Of a stretch of DNA of 64,000 nt, positions 17,228-24,254 are shown piece after piece. Within the stretch, counting starts at the first letter, position 1. Each line of letters begins with the position of its first letter. The notes beneath the pieces were generated by a model. The model was not told where the DNA came from. It did not search any database and saw only the letters and a list, made by a program, of their open reading frames with translations. The position numbers and the translations under genes were made by a program. Where the stretch lies: positions 18,319 through 82,318 of the forward strand of contig JAZORN010000103.1 in the NCBI GenBank assembly GCA_045656645.1. The letters are read 5' to 3'. Origin of the DNA: Clostridia bacterium. Lineage in GTDB: Bacteria > Bacillota > Clostridia > UMGS1883.

Positions 17228-19420
17228 TCAATCCGCTTCACGTTGTACAAATTTCACATAAATGGCGGTGCCCTCAGCAACCTCACTTTTTGCCTGCGGG
17301 CTTTGCGTTACTGCAATATAATCAGCAGGCAATGCCCCTGATGCCCCGGGTACATCAAGCTTCATCACAAGCTTTGCACCCTCTATAGCACTGCGGGCAT
17401 TTTCATACGTCATTCCCGTAACATCGGGAACAATTGCTGTTCCGCGTCTTGGCTCCTCCTGAGTGTAGGCAAGAACAACTGAGCCTTTATGAAGTCTGGT
17501 ACCCGACTCGGGTATCTGATTTGTAATTTTTCCGCCGTTTCCTTTGATTTTTATTATAAGGCCTACATTCTGAAGCTTCTGCGTTGCCTCCTCTACAGTA
17601 TTTCCTACAACAGACGGAACAGATACGGAAATAGTCTGTGCAGTTTCCTCTGTATACTGCGGTTCATAACCAAGATAGGGCAGTACATCCTGAACAATCT
17701 TTCCTACTGCAGGTGCGGCAATCGCACCGCCGCCCGTTGCCCCCGCATTCGGCTCGTCAAGAAGCAGCAGGCATACTATCTGCGGATTGTCAGCAGGCGC
17801 AAAGCCTACGAATGATGCTATATATTTTCCGCTGTTTCTGGGAAGCTTTTCACTCGTACCCGTTTTTCCGCCTATTCGAAAACCGTTTATATAAGCACCG
17901 CTACCCGTACCCTCGGAAACAACCTGCTCAAGTATAGTTCTCATAGCACTGCTCGTTTCCTCTGAAACGATATTACGTACAGTTTCAGGCTCAAAGCTCT
18001 GTGTTATTTTTCCGTCGGGGTCTGTGTATGCCTTTATAATCCTCGGCTTCATTAAATTTCCGCCGTTTATTACTGCCGATACTGCCGAAACCATCTGCAG
18101 AGGTGTTACAGTAAACGTCTGACCGAATGACGATGTAGCCAAATCCACAACACCGAGAGAATCGTGGAACGCACCCGCCGATTCACCGGGGATTGTAAAT
18201 CCCGTTTTTTCCGTAAGCCCAAACGCAGTAAAGTATTTTCTAAATGCAGTCGCACCAAGTCTTGCGCCAAGCTCCATAAACACAGGGTTACACGAATTCA
18301 TAACGCCCTGCGCAAAGCTTTCTTCGCCGTGTCCCGTTCTTTTCCAGCAGTGTATATCACGGTTTGCAACGTGGCGCACACCCGTGCACGTAAACACATC
18401 AGAAACCTTTGCCACACCTTCTTCAAGTGCTGATGCCGCAACAATGGTCTTAAAGGTAGAACCGGGCTCGTAGGAGTCTATAACCGCTTTATTACGCCAC
18501 ATTTTTGTTACTGCAGTGCTGTATGCCTTCTCGTATTCCTCTCCTTCAAGCTCCAGAGAGTCAAGCTGCTCTAAAAGAAGCTGGTCGGTTATAACACGAG
18601 GCTCATTAAGGTCATATGTAGGTACTACCGCCATAGCAAGTATTTCCCCCGTGTGCGGATCCATAACGATTGCCGCACCTCCGTTACCGAGCAGATTTTC
18701 CTCATATGCCTGCTGAAGATGCTTCTCTGTGTAGCGCTGTATGGTTTCGTCTATTGTCAGCACAACACCTTTTCCGTCCTGCGCCTCAATATAATTTTCA
18801 TATTTAAACGGCATATCATTGTTTGCAACGTCCTTTGCCGCAACAATACGTCCGTCAACACCGCTCAGCTCTTCATCAAGTACGTTTTCAAGTCCCTCAA
18901 GTCCCTGATTGTCACTTCCCGTAAAACCTATTACCTGCGCCGCAAGGGAGCCGTAGGGATAATAACGCTTTGCATCCTCCTCAAAATGTATTCCCGTGAG
19001 GTTTTCCTGACGGAGACGGTCTGCCTTGCTTTTTTCCACCTGCTTTGATATTACAACAGACTGTCTGTCAGTGCGTGCAATTTTTTCACGAACACTATCC
19101 TCACGCACACCGAGAATTTTTACAAGAGCTGCAGTTACTGCATCGGCATTTTTCACCTTTGCTATTTCCTGCGGATTGATAGTTACCCTCTCAGCAGTGG
19201 CACTCTGTGCAAGCACCTTCATATTACGGTCATAAATAGAGCCACGCTTTGCAGTAATTACACTGTCACGTGTCTGCTGCTCTGCCGCCTGCTTTTTATA
19301 GTTGCCACCCTTTATAAACTGTATCCAGAAAAGGCGGAGAATAAGCACCATTACACCCACAAGGAACAGTGCCATCATTGCTTTTATTCTCTTTTTTACA
19401 CCCACTCGTTTTTTCGGCAC
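17228..19420 (-). CDS. Class B penicillin-binding protein (FtsI/SpoVD-like) with C-terminal PASTA repeats.
   Basis: N-terminal TM segment. Transpeptidase motifs STFK and KTGT are present. There are two C-terminal PASTA-like segments (VPSVVGNTVEEA…, VPDVTGMTYENA…). Confidence 0.92.
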   Translation of the reverse strand: MPKKRVGVKKRIKAMMALFLVGVMVLILRLFWIQFIKGGNYKKQAAEQQTRDSVITAKRGSIYDRNMKVLAQSATAERVTINPQEIAKVKNADAVTAALVKILGVREDSVREKIARTDRQSVVISKQVEKSKADRLRQENLTGIHFEEDAKRYYPYGSLAAQVIGFTGSDNQGLEGLENVLDEELSGVDGRIVAAKDVANNDMPFKYENYIEAQDGKGVVLTIDETIQRYTEKHLQQAYEENLLGNGGAAIVMDPHTGEILAMAVVPTYDLNEPRVITDQLLLEQLDSLELEGEEYEKAYSTAVTKMWRNKAVIDSYEPGSTFKTIVAASALEEGVAKVSDVFTCTGVRHVANRDIHCWKRTGHGEESFAQGVMNSCNPVFMELGARLGATAFRKYFTAFGLTEKTGFTIPGESAGAFHDSLGVVDLATSSFGQTFTVTPLQMVSAVSAVINGGNLMKPRIIKAYTDPDGKITQSFEPETVRNIVSEETSSAMRTILEQVVSEGTGSGAYINGFRIGGKTGTSEKLPRNSGKYIASFVGFAPADNPQIVCLLLLDEPNAGATGGGAIAAPAVGKIVQDVLPYLGYEPQYTEETAQTISVSVPSVVGNTVEEATQKLQNVGLIIKIKGNGGKITNQIPESGTRLHKGSVVLAYTQEEPRRGTAIVPDVTGMTYENARSAIEGAKLVMKLDVPGASGALPADYIAVTQSPQAKSEVAEGTAIYVKFVQREAD

Positions 19421-19498
19421 TGCTTTCTCCTCCTTTAATACGAAAACACAAAAAGGGATATGGCTGTTTTTTATCCGCCACTTCCCTTTAGTATTATA

Positions 19499-19981
19499 TT
19501 AATATAGATATTCCAATATAACCGACATACGGTTTATAAATGCACTCAGCACATTTGTTTCTTCAGTTTTAAGAACCTCACCGTTGTCCGTATTTCCAAG
19601 GGAAATATACTTTATCTGGTTTTTCATCGGTGGTCTGAGTCCGAGGCGTTGTGCCTCCTGCTCAATTTTTTTCATATCGAGGTTCCCCTCTGCCTTCATA
19701 CGGGTTTCAACAACCTTTGCGTTTATAAGCTCAAGCTCTGCACGTGCAGAGGAAAGCTCACTGTATTCCTTTGCTATTGCACCGTAACGGAAAAGCACCA
19801 CAAACGCCATTGTAAAAATCAGCATAGCTGCCGCTACGATGCGTTTTTTGATTTCCTTTGCTTTTTTTCTGCTGTACGCCTTTTTTACAGGCGCTGTTTT
19901 AACAGAAGCTGTTTTTCCTTTATTCGTTTCATCATATGTATAGTATTCAGTTTTCAAAGCGCTTGAACCCTTTATATACAT
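19499..19981 (-). CDS. ftsL: FtsL-like septum formation protein.
   Basis: Single TM segment followed by a coiled coil. Positioned between rsmH and the PBP gene. Confidence 0.7.
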   Translation of the reverse strand: MYIKGSSALKTEYYTYDETNKGKTASVKTAPVKKAYSRKKAKEIKKRIVAAAMLIFTMAFVVLFRYGAIAKEYSELSSARAELELINAKVVETRMKAEGNLDMKKIEQEAQRLGLRPPMKNQIKYISLGNTDNGEVLKTEETNVLSAFINRMSVILEYLY

Positions 19982-19996
19982 TCCTTAAAACTCCTG

Positions 19997-20920
19997 TCAG
20001 ATAATTTTTTCTATAGTGCGCAGCTTACTGCTTCTTGCACGTGGGTTTTCATCAATTTCTTTATCAGTGGGGATAAGCGGTTTGCGGCTTACCGTTTTTA
20101 CAGTGGGTCTGTTTCCGCATACGCACATTGGAAAATCCTTCGGGCATGTGCATCCCTTTTCGAGCGATGCAAAAGTTGTCTTAACAATTCTGTCCTCAAG
20201 GCTGTGAAAGGTTATTATTCCCATTCTTCCACCCTTTTTCAGTAGCTCCACACTGTCCCTTATGGTACTCTCGAGGATTTTCAGTTCCCCGTTAACCTCT
20301 ATCCTTATTGCCTGAAATGTCCTTTTCGCAGGATGAGGTCCGTCTTTCCTTGCTGAAAGCGGTATTGCCGCCTTTATTATGTCTACAAGCTGAAACGTCG
20401 TTTCAATACTTGCCTTTTCTCTTTCTTCTATAATGAAGTTTACAATTCTGCTTGCCCAGCGTTCCTCGCCGTAGGTGGATATCACCCTGAAAAGCTCTTC
20501 GGATGAATATGTATTTACAACCTCACGTGCTGTAAGATTCTCGCGTCGGTCCATTCGCATATCAAGCGGTGCATCCTGCATATAGGAAAATCCACGCTCT
20601 GCATCATCAAGTTGCGGAGAGGATACTCCCAAATCAGCAATTATTCCGTCAAACTTTTCTATATCAAATGACTTTGCAATTTCCTTTATATCAGAGAAAT
20701 TACTGTGAACTGCCGTGAAATTCTTCCCTTTAAATCTTTCACGTGCATTTTCTATAGCGATAATATCGCGGTCAACACCTACTACACTTCCGCCTTTTTC
20801 AAGTATCAGCGCAGTGTGTCCGCCTCCGCCCAGTGTAAGGTCGGCGTATATGCCGCCTTTTTTAACATTTATGCTTTCAACCGTTTCGTTTAGCAGTACC
20901 GTAGTATGGTTAAATTCCAC
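19997..20920 (-). CDS. rsmH: 16S rRNA (cytosine1402-N4)-methyltransferase RsmH.
   Basis: Starts (M)EFNHTTVLLNE and contains DLTLGGGGH. GTG start at 20920, RBS GGAGGAG (20926-20932). Confidence 0.95.
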   Translation of the reverse strand: MEFNHTTVLLNETVESINVKKGGIYADLTLGGGGHTALILEKGGSVVGVDRDIIAIENARERFKGKNFTAVHSNFSDIKEIAKSFDIEKFDGIIADLGVSSPQLDDAERGFSYMQDAPLDMRMDRRENLTAREVVNTYSSEELFRVISTYGEERWASRIVNFIIEEREKASIETTFQLVDIIKAAIPLSARKDGPHPAKRTFQAIRIEVNGELKILESTIRDSVELLKKGGRMGIITFHSLEDRIVKTTFASLEKGCTCPKDFPMCVCGNRPTVKTVSRKPLIPTDKEIDENPRARSSKLRTIEKII

Positions 20921-20936
20921 TCTGACTCCTCCATTT

Positions 20937-21213
20937 TAACCGAAACGAAGTAATCCGGACTCTGTTTTTTGCTTTCTGTTTTCCGCCATTACTGCGTTAA
21001 AAGCCTTGCATATACGACAGTATATGCTGCATTTTTGCCTTGTACTGACGAAAAACCGTTTGCAAAAAATTCCTTGAACCCAAAATGTCTCAAAATTGAG
21101 ATTTTTCAAGGCGGCAGGGCGAAGGAATACTGTTTCGTATTTCAAGACCGACAACGAAGAAAAAGCCGATTTTCAGCCATTTTGGGCAGGTTCGGATCAC
21201 TTCGTTTCGGTTA
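20937..21213. repeat. Family-A structured intergenic repeat, copy A2.
   Basis: Same termini (TAACCGAAACGAAGTAATCC … GATCACTTCGTTTCGGTTA) and same interior as A1. It ends 4 nt from the rsmH Shine-Dalgarno sequence. Confidence 0.85.
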
Positions 21214-21488
21214 AGCACACGGGAATCGAACTCCGTATGGTTTTAAAATAGAAATTTTGCATAATACTGCAGAAAATTCTGCAAATATACGTCAGTATTA
21301 TTCTTGAATTTTCTTTGTCTTATATCAAAAGTTCTTATTTTAAAACTCTTCGACCTTAAACGCAGAGAAATTTAGCGCAATTTTGATGCGAAGGACGAAG
21401 ATAGGCTGACGCCTTTCGAGGACGACAAATTGAAAGTGTGCAAATTTATCAAGTTTAAGGCATACGGGGTTCGACTCCCGTGTGCTTA
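21214..21488. repeat. Family-C structured intergenic repeat (275 bp, ~27-bp inverted termini).
   Basis: AAGCACACGGGAATCGAACTCCGTATG (left terminus) is the near-inverted repeat of CATACGGGGTTCGACTCCCGTGTGCTT (right terminus). It abuts the mraZ stop codon (21489-21491) on one side and copy A2 on the other. Confidence 0.8.
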
Positions 21489-21923
21489 TCAGAAGCTGAT
21501 TTCCTCAAGACTTTCGGCAGCTTCTTCAACGGTCATTTCTTCCTCACTCTGAATATATTCCTGCCAACGCTGTGCATCCCAGATTTCCACACGTTTGCTG
21601 ACACCGATTATTACAACCTCTTTAGTCAGCATTGCGTGTTCACGGTGAGGGGCTGTTATAAGCACCTTACCCTGTTTATCAGGCTCCGCCTCTGCCGCAC
21701 CTGAAAGAAACATACGCTGCAAGTGACGTGCACTCTTCTGGTTTGAAGGAAGCTTCGAAAGATTTTCTGCAAGCTCCTCCCATGCATCCATAGGATATAC
21801 AAACAAGCACCCTTCAAAGCCCTTGGTGATCACAAACTGCTCGCCGAGCTGCTCACGAAACTTTGCAGGGATAATTACTCTGCCTTTAGCGTCAATATTA
21901 TGTGAGTACTCGCCAACGAACAT
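21489..21923 (-). CDS. mraZ: Transcriptional regulator MraZ.
   Basis: Starts MFVGEYSHNIDAKGRVIIPAKFR, with a second SpoVT/AbrB-like half. Confidence 0.95.
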   Translation of the reverse strand: MFVGEYSHNIDAKGRVIIPAKFREQLGEQFVITKGFEGCLFVYPMDAWEELAENLSKLPSNQKSARHLQRMFLSGAAEAEPDKQGKVLITAPHREHAMLTKEVVIIGVSKRVEIWDAQRWQEYIQSEEEMTVEEAAESLEEISF

Positions 21924-21935
21924 TCAAATCACCTC

Positions 21936-21971
21936 CACTTTCTTGCACTTTTTTGCACTTTCCTACACTTT
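21936..21971 (-). promoter_or_regulatory. Four MraZ-box-like direct repeats (AAAGTG) with an exact 10-nt period.
   Basis: On the plus strand CACTT(T) occurs at 21936, 21946, 21956 and 21966. On the minus strand this reads AAGTGtaggAAAGTGcaaaaAAGTGcaagAAAGTGgagg, running into the mraZ RBS. Confidence 0.6.
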
Positions 21972-21977
21972 GAATAT

Positions 21978-22006
21978 ATTTTACTATACATTTTCATAAA
22001 TTTCAA
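21978..22006 (-). promoter_or_regulatory. Sigma-A-like promoter of the mraZ/dcw operon.
   Basis: On the minus strand: TTGAAA (22006-22001), a 17-nt spacer, then TAAAAT (21983-21978). Confidence 0.55.
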
Positions 22007-22188
22007 TAGTTTTTTAAAAATTTTTTAAGTTTATTCTTAATTTTTTCGGCAGTTTTGGTTTTTACCAAAATATGCCGTATAACCGAACTTTTTATACCAT
22101 ATTTTGTGTTTAAAACTTTTTCTTTTTAACACAAAATTTAACAATTAATTTCATAATTATTAAATTTCTTAATATTTTAAAATTTCAC

Positions 22189-22217
22189 TTGCAATTATGC
22201 TCATTTTGTATTATAAT
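22189..22217 (+). promoter_or_regulatory. Sigma-A-like promoter of the tRNA-Pro transcription unit.
   Basis: TTGCAA (22189-22194), a 17-nt spacer, then TATAAT (22212-22217). Confidence 0.55.
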
Positions 22218-22242
22218 TCACAATGTTGAGGCTTTAAATAAA

Positions 22243-22300
22243 GATGCCGCAGGCAGTCTGCGACAACTTTTTAAGTAACTTCAACTAAATAATGACTATT
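22243..22300 (+). repeat. 58-nt direct repeat, copy 1 (leader duplicated upstream of tRNA-Pro).
   Basis: Matches 22561-22618 at 52 of 58 positions. It starts with GATGCCGCAGG, the same 11-mer found in the variable loop and T-stem of the tRNA-Pro gene. Confidence 0.85.
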
Positions 22301-22560
22301 TCGCCCGAAAAGATAACAGCGTAAGCGAAATCTTTTCGGAGAGGAAGAATAAACGGTTGCGTGCAGAGTTCTGCGTTAGCATAACGACGCAAAGCCTACC
22401 TTTATTCTGACGACGTAGCGACGCCTGCTTTGGGCAACACATCTGAGCGCATCCTGCGGATGATACAGCGAGGATTTGTTGGGGCAGCGGTCGACAGATG
22501 GCAAGGCAATTTATTGCCGAAGATAGATGTCGGGCACCGCAACGTGGCGGCATAGCCGAG
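22301..22560 (+). ncRNA. Unassigned, highly structured 260-nt segment co-oriented with tRNA-Pro and carrying tRNA-Pro-derived fragments. Candidate ncRNA, or a degenerate insertion-bearing tRNA copy.
   Basis: It lies between the predicted promoter and the tRNA. Several clean helices are visible: CCGAAAAGAT/ATCTTTTCGG; AGAATAAA/TTTATTCT enclosing a three-way junction TTGCGT[GCAG…CTGC][GTTA…TAAC]ACGCAA; and GGCAA/TTGCC. Positions 22415-22434 match tRNA positions ~19-37 at 19 of 20. Confidence 0.35.
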
Positions 22561-22618
22561 GATGCCGCAGGCAGTCTGCGACAATTGTTTAAAAGACTTT
22601 AACTAAATAATGACTATT
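22561..22618 (+). repeat. 58-nt direct repeat, copy 2, immediately 5' of tRNA-Pro.
   Basis: See copy 1. Confidence 0.85.
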
Positions 22619-22619
22619 A

Positions 22620-22695
22620 CGGGGTGTAGCGCAGCTGGTAGCGCGCCTGCTTTGGGAGCAGGATGCCGCAGGTTCAAGTCCTGTCACTCCGACCA
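22620..22695 (+). tRNA. tRNA-Pro (anticodon UGG), CCA encoded.
   Basis: Manual cloverleaf: acceptor CGGGGTG/CACTCCG, D-stem GCGC/GCGC, anticodon stem CCTGC/GCAGG with loop TTTGGGA, T-arm GCAGG-TTCAAGT-CCTGT, 3' ACCA. Confidence 0.95.
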
Positions 22696-22700
22696 AAAAA

Positions 22701-22732
22701 ACAGTTGGTGCTTTTGCATCATCTGTTTTTTT
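22701..22732 (+). terminator. Rho-independent terminator after tRNA-Pro.
   Basis: Stem ACAGTTGGTGC/GCATCATCTGT, followed by a T7 run. Confidence 0.8.
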
Positions 22733-22895
22733 ATTATTGAAGAGGACTTGAACCTTAAGAAGGCAAACGCCGTTAAGAAAACGATTGATAATCGTTTTTA
22801 GGTGTTTGGTGCGCAGTCCGGTACCGAAATGCTTTAGCATTTGGGTGGGCAAGCAGTCAAGACGCCATAGGCGGCTGTGTCCTGTCACCAAGGGC

Positions 22896-22932
22896 AAAAA
22901 ACAGCACCGACCAAACGGTCGATGCTGTTTTT
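22896..22932. terminator. Bidirectional hairpin terminator downstream of the aminotransferase operon.
   Basis: ACAGCACCGACC-aaac-GGTCGATGCTGT, flanked by an A-run and a T-run. Confidence 0.6.
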
Positions 22933-22958
22933 CATTTGCACAATATTGTTCGTAAAGT

Positions 22959-24239
22959 TTACTTAACGTGCTTTGCAAGAATTTCCTTGAAGCTGTCAAT
23001 ACACTTATTGATATGCACCTCTTCCCAAGAGGGATGAAGGAACAGACATACTGTTTCACTGCGAAGTGAATGTGCCTTCGCGCAGTATGATTTGTCATAC
23101 TGTACTGACTTTTCGTCTGTGTATTCCTTTGACTCAAACGGGAACTTTGTAGAGCCAAAACCATTGTGGTTTTTGTACGCCTCTTCCTCATACGCTTCGG
23201 GCCACTGTATTCCGTAGCAGGGGGTGCCGCCTGCTGCAAGCTCCTTGAGTATTACAGATGCATCACAGTCAAGCACGCTCAGGTCAAGAAGCATCGGATA
23301 CCACCAGTATGCATTCTTTCTCTCCTCCGTGTTTACGGGAAGTGCCTTTATTCCCTTTAAGCCTGAAAATGCCTCGTCATACATTTTTGCATATTTAAAA
23401 CGTCTTGCAAGATTCCAAGAATCAAATCTCTTCATTTCGTTTATACCGATAAGAGATTGCATCTCCGTCATTCTGTAGTTGAAGCCTACTCTTCTGTGGA
23501 TGTAAGGAAGCTTTTCTTCAAGTGCAAGCATATTCATTCTCGCCTTTACGTCATAGCCGTGGTCACGGAATGAACGACATTCCCAACCTGTTTCCTCATC
23601 ATTTGTTACAACCATACCGCCTTCGCCGCCTGTTGTAAAGTGCTTTGACTGACAGAATGAGAAGCAGCCTACGTCACCGATAAGACCTGCCTTGATACCC
23701 TTGTACTCGCCACCGATACACTGTGCACAGTCCTCAACAACTTTAAGGTTATGCTTCTTTGCAATCTCGAGAACGGGGCCCATATCTGCAACAACGCCGT
23801 AAAGGTGTACTACGATAATAGCCTTTGTTCTTTCTGTGATAAGTGCCTCGATACAAGCGGGATCAATTGTATGGTCATCTGTTACATCTGCAAATACGGG
23901 GATAGCACCTGCCTGAACTACTGAAAATGATGATGCAATAAATGAGTATGATGGAACAATAACCTCATCCCCCGGTCCGATATTAAGACTTGCAAGAGCA
24001 ATATGAAGTGCTGCAGTACCGTTTGTGCAGGAGATTGCCATTTTAGCACCCATCCATTTTGCAAACATTTCTTCAAACTCCATACCTCTTTTACCTGTCC
24101 AGTAGCTTACCTTACCTTCTTTAAGGGGATTTGCAATTTCTTCAAAGGTTTCAGGTGCAAACTGAGGCCAACCGGGAAAACCGATTTCCTCAATACCTGC
24201 GCCATTCATTACTATTTCTTTTTCTGCCATTTTTAACAA
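22959..24239 (-). CDS. DegT/DnrJ/EryC1/StrS-family PLP-dependent aminotransferase (426 aa).
   Basis: Fold-type I sugar aminotransferase pattern, including FSFCQSKHFTTGGEGGMVVTN (catalytic Lys retained). Confidence 0.85.
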   Translation of the reverse strand: MLKMAEKEIVMNGAGIEEIGFPGWPQFAPETFEEIANPLKEGKVSYWTGKRGMEFEEMFAKWMGAKMAISCTNGTAALHIALASLNIGPGDEVIVPSYSFIASSFSVVQAGAIPVFADVTDDHTIDPACIEALITERTKAIIVVHLYGVVADMGPVLEIAKKHNLKVVEDCAQCIGGEYKGIKAGLIGDVGCFSFCQSKHFTTGGEGGMVVTNDEETGWECRSFRDHGYDVKARMNMLALEEKLPYIHRRVGFNYRMTEMQSLIGINEMKRFDSWNLARRFKYAKMYDEAFSGLKGIKALPVNTEERKNAYWWYPMLLDLSVLDCDASVILKELAAGGTPCYGIQWPEAYEEEAYKNHNGFGSTKFPFESKEYTDEKSVQYDKSYCAKAHSLRSETVCLFLHPSWEEVHINKCIDSFKEILAKHVK

Positions 24240-24254
24240 CTCCTTATTTTTATA

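Noticed and set aside
21461-21488. tRNA-like T-arm sequence (ACGGGGTTCGACTCCCGTGTGCTTA) at the end of element C, considered as a tRNA gene or fragment.
   Set aside because: - The local hairpin has an 8-nt loop and no upstream D or anticodon arms.
- The same sequence recurs as the inverted left terminus, so it is part of the element's terminal repeat.
22301-22560. Whether the 260-nt segment upstream of tRNA-Pro is tmRNA, RNase P RNA, SRP RNA, 6S RNA, a T-box leader or a group I intron.
   Set aside because: - **tmRNA:** there is no tRNA-Ala-like acceptor/T-arm pair and no tag ORF.
- **RNase P:** there is no GAGGAAAGTCC box.
- **SRP:** there is no GGAA-tetraloop/AGCAGC helix-8 motif.
- **T-box:** there is no T-box sequence, and the segment is similar rather than complementary to the tRNA anticodon arm.
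- **Group I intron:** the ~122-nt anticodon-loop insert is too short, and the flanking 'exons' do not make a complete tRNA.
22296-23239. Minus-strand ORFs 22296-22553, 22402-22584 and 22589-23239 (216 aa).
   Set aside because: - They overlap the tRNA-Pro gene, its terminator and the structured leader region.
- The 216-aa ORF also overlaps the 3' end of a genuine aminotransferase gene in another frame.
- None has an RBS or protein-like composition.
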